DNA from: Pristiophorus japonicus
Taxonomy: Eukaryota
Length of the DNA: 64,000 nucleotides
Direction of reading: 5' to 3'
Assembly: GCF_044704955.1 (NCBI RefSeq)
Contig: NC_091987.1
Span: 159,650,001 to 159,714,000, forward strand
Part shown: one piece after another, positions 49,101-60,568 of the stretch
Layout of the letters: each line of letters starts with the position of its first letter
Numbering within the stretch: the first letter of the stretch is position 1
Notes under the pieces: model-generated
Databases searched by the model: none
What the model was told of the DNA's origin: nothing
What the model saw: only the letters and a program-made list of their open reading frames with translations
Made by a program: the position numbers and the translations under genes

Positions 49101-52100
49101 TTTGCTTCAGTTGGGGCTTGGTTCGGTTCGGTTCGGTTGGGGTCCAGTTCCGTAAATTTGGGGCTGCGTTCGGGTCAGTTGGGGCCGTGTTCGGTTGAGG
49201 CCAGTTTCGATTGGGGCCGAGTTCGGTTCGGGCCCGGCTTCGTTCAGTTCGGTTGGGGCCTGGTTTGGTTCGATTGGGGCCAGATTCATTTCGGTTGGTG
49301 CTGGATTTGGTTCGTTTCATTCCGCATTCCGTTCGTTTGGGGTCAAGTTCGAGTGGGGCCCCGTTCGTTTGCTTTGGGGCCGGGTTCGTTTCGTTTCGGG
49401 CTAGCTTTGGTTGGGGGCGGGTTCGTTTCGTTTGTGGCCAGGTTTGATTGGGGCCAGTTTCGATTCAGTTCTGGCCGAGTCCGTTTAGGCCGGGTTCCGA
49501 CCGTTAGGGGCAGGCGTCGCCTTTGTTTTGAAGCAAGGTTTGGTTTGGTTGGAGCCGGCGTCGCTTCGGTTGGGGCCAGTTTCTGTTCGGTTCAGTTGGG
49601 ACTTGGTTCGGCTCGGTTCGGTTGCGGCCAGTTTCGGTTGGGATCGGGTTCGGGTCTGGCCGGCATAGGTTCAGCTACGGCCGCGTTTGATTCGGTCGGG
49701 GCAAGTTTGGTTGATTTCGGGACGGCTTCAGTTCGGATCGTTGGGTTGGGGCCTGGTGCTGTTGGGTAAAGTTTGCTTCGGTGTTGTTGGGGCCGGGTTC
49801 GGTTGGGGCCAGGTTCGGTTCAGTTGGGGCCATGTTCGGTTGGCCCATGTTCTGTTGGGTCCATGTTCAATTGGGGATGGATTCACGGCGGATGATTTCG
49901 GTTCGGTTCGGCCCAGGTTCGAGTTGTTCGATTGGGGCTGTGTTCATTTGGGGCCAGATACGGTTCGCTTGGGGCTGGTTTCGTTGGAGACGTGTTCGGT
50001 TCATGTGGGTTGGTGCCAAGTTCGGTACGGTGGGGGCCGTGTTCGGTTCGGTTGGGTCTGGGTACGCTTCGGGTGGGGACGATTTCTGTTTGGTTGGGGC
50101 CGGTTGCAGTTTGGGAGGGGCCGGTTTCTGTTCGGTTGGGGAAGGGTTCGGTTCGATTGGTGCCTGGTTCGGTTCGGTTGCGGTCGGGTTCGGTTCTGTT
50201 AGGGCCGTGTTCGTCTTGGTTGGGGAGTGGGACTGTTGGGGCCAGCTTCGCTTCGGTTGGGGCAAGGTTTGGTTAGGTTGGGGCCGGCTTCGCTTCGGTT
50301 GGGGCCAGTTACTGTTCGGTTCAGTTGGGGCTTTGGTTCGGTTCGGTTGGGGCCCTGTTCGGACAATTTGGGGCTGGGCTCGGTTGGCTTTGAGTTCGGT
50401 CCGGTTGGGGCCTGGTTTGGTTCGGTTGGGGCCGGTTTCGGTTCGCTTGGGGCTGGCTTCGGTTCGGTTCAGTTCGCTTGGGGGCAGGTATGGTTTGGTC
50501 GGGGCCTGCTTCGCTTCGGTTGGGGACGGGTTACGAGTTCGGCCTGGTTGTGGCCGTTTTCGGTTTGGTAGGGGCCAGTTTCTGTTTTGTTCATTTGTGG
50601 TTGTGTTCGATTATGGCCAGTTTCGATTGGGGCCGGGTTCGGTTGGGGCGCGGTTCAGTTCAGTTCGGTTGGGGACAGTTTCGATTGGGGCCGAGTTCGG
50701 ATCAGTTCATGGCGGGTTCAGTTCGGATCGTTCAATTGGGGCCGGGTTATGTTGCGGAATATTTAGTTTGGGTTTTGTTGGGGCCGGATTCGTTTGGGGC
50801 CAGGTTCGATTCATTTCGGGATTTTTTCGGTTCGGTTGGGTTAAGACCAGGTTCGGTTCAGTTCGGGACTGGTTCGATTAGATAAGAGCCGGTTTCGCTT
50901 AGTGACGATTTCGTTTCAGTTGGATTAAGGACGGGTCCGGTTCAGTTTGGGGTGGGTTCGGTTCGGTTGCTTCAGGTTGCGGTTCGGTTGTGTAGGATTT
51001 GCTTGGAGTCGTTTTCGGTTCGGTTGCGGTCTTGTTCGGTTTTGTACTAGTTCGGTTCAGTTGGGGCCGGATTCGGTTTATTTGGGGCCGTGTATGGTTC
51101 AGTTGGGGCCCGGTTCTGTTCGTTTGGGGAGAGATTCGCTATGGGCTGGGTATGGTTCGGTTCGGTTGGAGCTGTTTTTAGTTGGGTTCTGGCCAGCTTC
51201 GTTTCGTTTGGTCCGGGAACCCTTCGGTTGCGGCCGGGTTTGGTTCGGTTGGGTCTGGGTTCGGTTCGGTTGGGGCCAGGTTATGTTCGGTTCTCAACGG
51301 GTTCTGTTCGATTGGCGCCGGTTCGTTTGGGGAGGTTCGGTTTGGTTGGGCTGGGTTCGGAATGGCTGGAGCCGGGTTCGGTTCGGTTAAGGCCGGTTTC
51401 GGTTTGGTTGGAGCCGGTTCGGATGGGAATGGTTCGGTTCGGTTGGGGCTGGGTTCGGTTCGGCTGGAGCCGAGTTTGGTCCGGTTGAAGCCGGTTTCGG
51501 TTCGGTTGGGTCCAGGTTCAGTTCGGTGGGGACGATTTTGGTTCCGTTGGGGCCTGTTTCAGTACGTTTGGGGCGGGTTTCAGTTGGGGCTGGGTTCGGT
51601 TCGGTTAGAGCCTAGTTCTGTTCGGTTGGGGCAAGGTTCGGTTCGGTTGCGACCAGCTTTCATTCAGTTAGGTCCGATTTCCGTGCGGTTGAAGACGGAT
51701 TCGATTCCTTTTGGATGGAGATGGGATTCGTTCGGTTGGGGCCAGATGTTGTTCGGTTCGGTTGGAGCCGTTTTCCGTTCGTTTGGGGTCAGTTTCTCTT
51801 TGGGACGTGATCGGTTCATTGGGTTCAGGCCGGGTTCGATTCAGTTGGTGGCTGGTTCATTTCAGTTGGGGACGGGTTCAGTTCGTTTTGTGCTCGGTTC
51901 GCTTCGCTTGGTGCCGGTTTCGGTTCGATTGTTGCTGGGTTCGTTTTGGTTGGGGCCGGGTTCGGTTCGGTTGTGGACGAGTTTGATTTGGTTGCGTTCG
52001 GTTCGTTTGGGGCCTGGTTCGGTACGGTTGGGGCCAGGTTCCGTTCGGTTGGAGCTGTCTTCAGTTCGGTTCAGTCGGGGACGGGATCGGTTCAGTTCGC

Positions 52101-54865
52101 TAGGGCGCGAGTATGGTTTGGTCGGGTCCGGCTTCGCTTCGGTTGTGGCCAGTTTCTTTTCGGTTCAGTTGGTGCTGGATTCGGTTCGGTTCGGTTGGGG
52201 CCGTGATGGGTTCTGACCGGGTTCGGTTCAGTTGGGGCCGGGTTTGTTTCGGTTGGTGCAATTATGGTTCATTTCGGGACGGGTTCAGTTCGGTTCGTTG
52301 GGTTGGGGCAGGGTTCTGTTGGGGAAAGTTTTGTTTCCGTATTATTGGGGCCGGGTTCTGTTGGGGCCTGGTTCGGTTCAGTTCTGGATGCGTTCGGATC
52401 GGTTGGGTTGTGGCCGGGTTCAGTTCGGTTGAGGCCGGGTTCTGTTAGGGACGAGTTCGTTTGGGACCGGGTTCAGTTGAGGACGGGTTCGCCGCGGACA
52501 GTTTCGGTTCGGTTAGGGCCGTGTTTGGTTTGGTTCGGTTGGTGCTGGGTTGGGTTTGTTCGGCTGGGGTCAGGTTCGGTTCGGTTGGGGCTGGCTTTCG
52601 TTCAGTTGTGGCCGGGTTCGTTTGGGACTGCGTTTGGTATGGTTGGTGGCAAGTTCGGTTCATTTCGGGACATCTTCGGTTCAGTTGGGGCTGGGTTCTG
52701 TTAGCTGCGGGTTCGGTTCATTTGGGTTGGGGCCGGCTCCGGATCAGTTCGGGGTGGATTCGGTTCGGTTGGCGCCGTGTTCAATTGAGGACGGATTCGT
52801 TGGGAACGGGTTTGGTTCAATTCGGTTGTGTCCGGGTACGCTTCGGATGGCGTTCGGTTCGGATCGATTCGGTTGTGGCCGCGTTCGGTTCGGTTGGGCC
52901 TGGGTTTGGTTCGGTTGGGACTGGGTTCGATTGGGACTTGATCGGTATGGTTGGTGCCAGGTTCGGATCAGCTTGGGACGGGTTTGGTTCCGTTGGAGAA
53001 GGCATCAGTTTGGTTGCGAACGTGTTTGTTTGGGGCCGGGTTCGGTTCAGTTGACACCGTGTTCGGTTCAGTTGCGACCATGTTCGCTTCGGTTGGGGCC
53101 GGGTTCTTTTAGATTGGGGTCATGTTCGGTAAGTTTGGTACATGGTTCGGTAATGTTCGGGACAGGTTTGGTGCGGTAGGGGAGTGGTTCAGTTGGGAAC
53201 GGATTCGGTTCGGTTGGGGCCAGGTTCGCTTCGGTTAGGGCCGGCTTCGATTCGGTTGAGGCCGTGTTCGTTTCGGTTGGGGCCATGTTTGGTTCGGTTG
53301 GGGCCGGCTTTGTTTCTGTTGGGGCCGGATTCGGTTCGGTTGGGGACGAATTCGTTTTGGTTGTGTCCAGCTTCGGTATGGTTAGTGTCTGCTTCGGTTC
53401 GGTTGGGGCCGGGTTCGTTTTGGTTGGGGCTGGGTTCCTTTCGGTTCGAGCCGGGTTCGGTTCGGTTGGGACCGGTTTCGGTTCAGTTCGGTAAGTTCTG
53501 GATTCAGTTTGGATGGGGCCGCCTTTGATTCGGGTCCAGTTTCTATTCGGTTCAGTTGGGGCCGGTTTCGGTTTAGATCAGTTGAGTCCGTGTTCTGTCC
53601 GGTTTATGCTGGGTTCAGATCAGTTCAATAAGGGCTGAGTTCAGTTCGGTTGGGTCCGGTTTCGGTTCGGTTGGGGGCGGGTACTATTCGGTTGGGGCCC
53701 GGTTCTTTTCGGTTGGGGCCGGTCTCGGTTCGGTTAGCGCATGGCTCGTTTCGGTTGGGTGGGGTTCGGTTCGGTTAGGGCAGGGTTCGGTTCGGTAATG
53801 GCGGTTCGGTTCAATTGAGGCCGGATTTGGGTTCGGTTGCGGCCGGGTTCGGTTCGGTTGGTGCCGGGTTCGGTCCTTTTGAGGCCGGGTTCGGATCGGT
53901 TGGTGCCAGTTTGGGTTCAGTGAGGAAGTTTGGTTCGGTTGGGCTTGGTTCCGTTCGTTTGGGGAGGGTTTCGGTTGGAGCTCGGTTTGGTTCGCTTGGG
54001 GCCGGTTCGGTTCGGTTGGGGCCGTGTTCGGTTCAGTTGGGACCAGGTTCGGTTGAGGACGGGTTCGGTTCAGTTGGATTCAGGCCGCGTCCCCGTCTGT
54101 TGCGGCACAGTTCAGTTCGGTACGGTTGGGTCCTGGTTCGGTTCGGTTGTTGCTGGGTTCTTTTCGGTTGGGGCAGGGTTCGGTTCATTTGGGGATGAGT
54201 TCGCTTGGGGCCGGGTTCGGTTCGCTTGGGGCAGGTTTCGTTTCGGTTCTGTTGTGGCCGGGTACGTTTCGGTTGCGGCCGCGTGCTGTTCGGGTGGGGA
54301 CAATTTCAGTTCGGTTCAGTTGGAGATGTGTTTGGTTCAGTTAGTTTGGGGCCGGGTTCGGATAGGTCGGGGCCGACTTCGCTTCGGTTGGGTCCAGTTT
54401 CTGTTCGGCGCACTTGAGGCTGGGTTCAGTACGGTTCGGTTGGGGCAGGTTTTGGTAGTGGGCTGGGTTCGGTTCGGGCCGGGTTTGGTTCTGTTCGGGG
54501 CAATTTCAGTTTGATTCTTTGTGTTGGGGTCGGTTTCTGTTGGGGAAAGGTTCTATTCGGTATTGTTGGGGCCGGGTTCGTTTGGAGCCTAGTTCGGTTC
54601 GGTTGGCGCTGAATTCGGTTCGTTCAGTTGAGGTCAGTTTCGGTTTGGTGGGGCTGGGTTTGGTTCGCTTAGGGCCTGGTACGGGTGGAACTTGATCGGT
54701 ACGGTTGGTGCCAGGTTCAGTTTCCTTTCGGACGGGTTTGGTTCAGTTGGAGCCGGCTTTGGTTTGGTTGCAGCTGTGTTTGTTTGGGCCCCGGTTCGGA
54801 ACAGTTGAGGCCGGGTTTGGTTCAGTTGCGACCATGTTCGCGTCGGTTAGGGCCAGGTTCTTTTC
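43121..54865 (+). repeat. G/T-rich satellite; continues the higher-order repeat to ~49.5 kb, then a more diverged variant
   Basis: Same monomer; landmarks aagtaccaacgtg at 43767 and gatcgaatggggcc at 45033. Confidence 0.95.
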
Positions 54866-56903
54866 ATAGAACATAAGAACATAAAAATTAGGATATGGAG
54901 TAGGCCTCTATCCCATCGAGCGAGCTCCGCCATTCAACAAGTTCATGGCTGATCTGGCCGTGGACTCAGCTCCACTTACCCACCCGCTCATCAAACCCTT
55001 AATTCCCTCATTGTTTAAAAATCTATCTATCTGTGACTTGAATACATTCAATGAGCTAGCTTCAGCTGCTTCCTTGGGCAGAGAATTCCACAGATTCACA
55101 ACACTCTGGGAGAAGAAATTCCTTCTCAATTCGGGTTTAAATTGGCTCCCCCGTATTTTGAGGCTGTGCCCCCTAGTTCTAGTATCCCCGACCAGTGGAA
55201 ACAACCTCTCTGCATCTATCTTGTCTATCCCTTTCATTATTTTAAATGTTTCTGTAAGATCATCCCACATCCTTCTGAACTCCAACGAGTAAAGTCCCAG
55301 TCTACTCAATCTTTCACCATAAGGTAACCCCCTCATCTCTGGAATCAGCCGAGTGAATCGCTCTGTACCCCCTCCTTGCCAGTATATCCTTCCTTAAGTA
55401 AGGTGACCAAAACTGCACGCAGTACTCCAGGTACGGCCTCACCAATACCCTGTACAGTGGCAGAAGGACATCCCTGTTTTTGTACTCCATCCCTCTCGCA
55501 ATAAAGGGCAACATTCCATTCGCAATCCTGATTACCTGTTGCACCTGGAAACTAAATTTTTGTGATTCACGCACAAGGACCCACAGGTCCCTCTGGACCA
55601 CAGCATGTTGTAATTTCTCCCCATTCAAATAATATTCCATTTTCCTGTTTTTTTTCCCAAGTTGGATGAACTCACACTTTGCGACATTGTAATCCATCTG
55701 CCAAACCTTAGCCCATTTGCTTATCCTATCTAAATATCTTTGCAGCCTCTCTGTGTCCTCTACACACCCCGATTTACCACTAATCTTTGTATTATCTGCA
55801 AATGTTGTTACACTACACTCTGTCCACTCTTCCAGGTCATCTATGTATATTGTAAATAGTTGTAGTCCCAGCACCGATCCCTGTGGCACGCCACTCACAA
55901 CCGATTTCCAACCCGAAAAGGACCCATTTTACTAACTCTCTGCTTTCTGTCAGCCAAACAATTCTCTATCCATGCGAATACATTTCCACGGACTCCGCGT
56001 ACCTTTATCTTCTGCAGTAACCTTTTGTGTGCACCTTATCGAATGCCTTTTGAAAATCTAAATGCACCACATCCATCGGTACACCTCGATCCACCATGCT
56101 CGTTATATCCTCAAATAATTCCAGTCAATTAGTTAAACATGATTTCCACTTCATGAATCCATGCTGCGTCTGCTTGATTGCAATATTCCGATCTATATCG
56201 CCTGCTATTTCTTCCTTGATGATAATTTCAAGCATTTACCCCACTCCAGATGTTAAACTAACCGGCCTATAGTTACCTGAGTTTTGTCTGCGCCATTTTT
56301 TAAACAGAGGCGTTACATTAGCTGCTTTCCAATCCGCTGGTATCTCCCCAGAGACCAGAGAATTTTGGTAGATTGTAAGTAAAGCATCTGCTCTAACTTC
56401 TACCATGTCTTTTAATACCCTGGGATGCATTTCATCAGGACCAGGGGAATTGTCTACCTTGAGCCCCATTCGCCTGTCCAGAACTACCCCCCTAGTAATA
56501 GTGAATGTCTCAAGGTTCTCCCTTCCCACATTCCTGTGACCAGCAATTTCTGGCATGGTTTCTCTGTCTTCCACTGTGAAGACCGAAGCAAAATAATTGT
56601 TTAATGTCTCAGCCATTTCCACATTTCCCATGATGAAATTCCCCTTCTTATCTTCTAAGGGACCAACATTTACTTTATCACTCTTTTCCGTTTTATATAT
56701 CTGTAAAAGCTTTTACTATCCGTTGTTATGTTTTGTGCAAGTTTACCTTTGTCATCTATCTTTTCTTTCTTTATTGTTTTCTTAATCATTCTTTGGTGTC
56801 GTTTAAAATTTTCACAATCTTCTATTTTCCCACAAACCTTGGCCAACTTATGCGCATTGTTTTTTAATTTGATACTCTCCTTTATTTCCTTATTTATCCA
56901 CGG
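54866..56903 (-). mobile_element. CR1-clade LINE, family B, 5'-truncated and degraded; probable 6-bp TSD CTGTTC
   Basis: Minus-strand fragments PWINKEIK..., SPGPDEMHPRVLK, YRPVSLTS, GVPQGSVLG, FADN, RRNFFSQ. Tail atagaacataagaacataa = (TTCTTATG)n on the minus strand. Flanks CTTTTC (54860-54865) and CTGTTC (56904-56909). Several frameshifts. Confidence 0.95.
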
Positions 56904-59900
56904 CTGTTCGATTGGGGTCATGTTCAGTTCGCTAACTGCGAGGTTCGGTTTCGTTCGGGAGAGGATTGGTTTGGGTGGGTAGGGTTCCGTTGGGGACGGA
57001 TTCGGTGCGGTTGGGGCCGAGTTCACTTAGGTTGACGCCGGTTTGGTTCGTTTGGGGCCGGGTTCTGTTCGGTTGAGGCAGTGTTCGGTTGGGGCCGGGT
57101 TTGTTTCGGTTGGGGCCGGGTTTGGTTCGGTTGGGGCCTGGTTTGTTTCGATTGGGGCAGGATTCGGTTCGGTTGTGGCCGGGTTCTGATCGGTTTGTGC
57201 CTGGTTCTGTTCGGTTCGGGCCGTGTTCTGTTCGGTTATCGCCGGGTTCTGTTGGGGAGGAGTTCTGTAGAGTCCGATTCGGTTGGGGCGAGGTTCGGTT
57301 GCGACTGGGTTCGGTTCGTTTGCTGCTGGGTTCAGTGTGTGCAGGGTTCTGTTCAGCTGGGTTTGGGCCGGGTCCTGTTCAGTTAGGGCCGGGTTCGATT
57401 CAGTTTGGGACGAATTCGTTTTGCTTGGCTCCAGCTTCGGCTCGGTTGGGGCCGGGTTCGCTTCGTCTGGAGCCGGTTAGGTCCGGTTGAAGCCAATTTC
57501 CGTTTGGCTGGGTCCAGGTTCAGTTCGGTGGGGAAGATTGTGGTTCGTTTGGGGCCTGTTTCGCTTCGTTTGGGGCGGGTTTCGTTTGGGGCTGGGTTCG
57601 GTTCGGTTCGGACCGGGTTCGGTTCGGTTGGGGCAGGGTTCGGTTCCGTTGCGACCAGGTCCGATTCAGTTGGGTCCGTTTTCGGTTCGGTTGAGGACGG
57701 GTTCGATTCCGTTTGGTTGGAGGTGGGATTCGTTCGTTTGGGGCCAGATGTTTTTCGGTTCGGTTGAGGGCTGTTTCTGCTCGTTTGGGGCCGGGTTAAT
57801 TTTGCGACGGGATCGGTTCATTGTGTTCAGGTCGGGTTCGATTCATTTGGTGGCGGTTCATTTCGGTTGGGGACCGGTTCGGTTCGGTTTGTGCTGGGTT
57901 CGCTTCGCTTGGTGCCGGGTTCGGTTCTGTTGTTGCTGGGTTCGTTTCGGTTGGGGCCGGGTTCGGTTCGGTTGCGGCCGAGTTTGATTTGATTGGGTTC
58001 GGTTCGTTTGGGGCTTGGTTCGGTTCGGTTGGGGCCGCGTTCTGTTCGGTTGGAGCTGGCTTCGGTTCGGTTCAGTCGTGGACGTTTTTGATTCTGTTCG
58101 CTTGGGGGCGGGTACGGTTTGGTCGGGGACGGCTTCGCATCGGTTGTGAACAGTTTCTGTTCGGTTCAGTTGGTTCTGGAATTGGTTCGGTTCGGTTGGG
58201 GCCGAGTTCGGTTCATTTGGAGCTGGGTTCGGTTCGGTTGTGGCCAGTTTCAGTTGGGACCGGGATGGGTTCGGTCCGGGTTCGGTTCAGTTGGGGCCGG
58301 GTTTGTTTCGGTTGGTGCAATTACGGTTCATTTCGGAACGGGTTCAGTTCGGTTCGTTGGATTGGGGCAGGAATCTGTTGGGGAAAGTTTTGGTTCGGTA
58401 TTATTGGTGCCGGGTTCGGTTGGGGCCTGGTTCGGTTCAGTTCTGGATGGGTTCGGATCGGTTGGGTTGTGACCGGGTTCAGTTCGGTTGAGGCCGGGTT
58501 CTGTTAGGGAAGAGTTCGGTTGGGACTGGGTTCAGTTGGGGACGGGTTCGTTGCAGACGGTTTCGGTTCGGTTGGGGCCGGGTTCGGTTCTATTCGGTTG
58601 GGGCTGGTTTGGGTTCGTTCGGTTGGGGCCAGGTTCGGTTCGGTTGGGGCTGGGTTTGGTTCAGTTGTGGCCGGTTCGTTTGGGACTGGGTTTGGTACGG
58701 TTGGTGGCAAGTTCGGTTCATTTCCAGACATCTTCGGTTCGATTGGGGCTGGATTCTGTTAGGTGCGGGTTCGGTTCATTTGGGTTGGGGCCGAGTTCGG
58801 ATCAGTTCGGGGTGCGTTCGATTCGGTTGGTGCCGTGTTCAATTGGGGACAGATTCGTTGGGAATGGTTTCGGTTCTATTCGGTTGTGTCCGGGTTAGAT
58901 TCGGTTCGGATGGCGTTCGGTTCGGTTCGATTCGGCTGTGGCCGGGTTCGGTTCGGTTGGAGCCAGTTTCGGTTCGGTTGGGGCCAGGTTCGCATAGGTT
59001 GTGGCCGTGTTCGATTCGGTTGGGGCCGGGTTCGATTCGGTTGCGGCCGTGTTCGGTTCGGTTGGGGCCAGGTTTGGTTCGGTTGGGGCCTGGTTTGTTT
59101 TGGTTGGGTCCGGCTTCGGTAAGGTTGGGGCCCTGCACCTGTTCGGTTGGGGCCGGGTTCGTTTCGGTTGGGGCCGGGTTCGTTTCGATTGGATCCGGGT
59201 TCGGTTCGGTTGGGGCCCGATTCGCATCGGTTGGGGCCGAGGTTGGTCCGGTTGGTGCCCGGTTCTGTTCGGTTGGGACAGGGTTCGGTTCAGGTCGCTT
59301 AGTTCTGGATTCAGTTTGGATGGGGCCGCCTTTGATTCGGGGCCAGTTTCGATTCGGTTCAGTTGGGGCCCGTTTCGGTTTAGATCAGTTGAGTCCGGCT
59401 TCTGTACGGATTATCCTGGGTTCTGATCGGTTCAGTTAGAGCTGGGTTCAGTTCGGTTGGGTCCGGGTTCGTTTCGGTTGGGGCCTAATACTCTTCGGTT
59501 GGGGCCGGGTTCTGTTCGGTTGTGGCCGTTCTCGGTTCGGTTGGGACATGGCTCGTTTCGGTTGGGCGGGTTTCGCTTCGGTTGAGGCCGGGTTCGTTCC
59601 GGTTGTGGCCGGGATCTGATCGGTTGGGAGCAGGTTGTGTTCAGTGGGAACAAGTTTGTTTCGGTTGGGCTTGGATCCATTCGTTTGGGGAGGGGTCCGG
59701 TTGGGGCTGGGTTTGTTTCACTTGGGGACGGTTCGGTTCGGTCGTGGCCGGTTTCGGTTCATTTGGGACCAGGTTCAGTTGGTGGACGGGTTCGGATCAG
59801 TTGGGTTCAGGCCGGGTCAGGTTCTGTTGCGGCACGGTTCAGTTCGGTTCGGTTGGGCCCTGGTTCGGTTCGGTTGTTGCTGGGTTCTTTTCGGTTGGGG

Positions 59901-60568
59901 CCGGGCCCGGTACATTTGGAGACGAGTTCGGTTGGAGCCAGGTTCGGTTCTGTTGGGGCAGGGTTCGTTTCGGTTCAGTTGGGGCCGGGTACGGTTCGGT
60001 TGGGGCCGGCTGCTTTTCGGTTGGTGACAGTTTCTTTTCGGTTCAGTTGGAGATGTGTTCAGTTCAGTTCGTTTGGGGCTGTGTTCGGTTTGGTCATGGC
60101 CGACATCGCTTCGGTTGTGTCCAGATTATTTTCGGCTGAGTTGAGGCTGGGTTCAGTTCGGTTCGGTTGGAGCTGGATTATGTAGGGGGCCGGGTTCGCT
60201 TCGGGCCGGGTTTGGTTCTGTTCGGGTCAAGTTCACTTTGGTTCTTTGTGTTGGGGCCGGGTTCTGTTGAGGAAAGTTACTATTCGTTATTGTTGGGGCC
60301 GGGTTCGTTTGGATCCAGGTTCGGTTTGGTTGGCGCTAAGTTCGCTTCGTTCGGTTCAGGTCAGTTCCAGTTTGGTTGGGGCTGGGTTTGGTTCGCTTGG
60401 GCCCTGGTTCGTGTAGGACTGAATCAGTACGGTTGGTGCCAGGTTCAGTTCGAGCCGGCTTTTGGTTTGGTTGCAGCCGTGTTTGTTTGGGCCCCGGTTC
60501 GGTTCAGTTGAGGCCGTGTTTCGTTCAGTTGCGACCATGTTCGCTTCGGTTGGAGCCAGGTTCTGTTC
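56904..60568 (+). repeat. G/T-rich satellite
   Basis: Same monomer and polarity. Confidence 0.95.

Noticed and set aside
809-60568. Very numerous long Gly/Arg/Val/Phe/Trp/Ser-rich (+) and Pro/Asn/Arg/Thr/Glu-rich (-) ORFs, up to 484 aa
   Set aside because: They are open in all frames because the A-poor + strand (T-poor - strand) rarely forms stop codons. There is no frame preference or domain, and many start at non-ATG codons.
809-60568. CRISPR array, retron or DGR-like RT+repeat system
   Set aside because: There is no constant repeat with unique spacers and no cas genes. The RTs are vertebrate CR1-clade with APE endonuclease, esterase ORF1 and microsatellite tails.
809-60568. True telomeric array or telomerase-like retrotransposon chain
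   Set aside because: TTAGGG and TTGGGG occur only as isolated words and never in tandem. The LINEs are in both orientations and inserted internally with rejoinable flanks.
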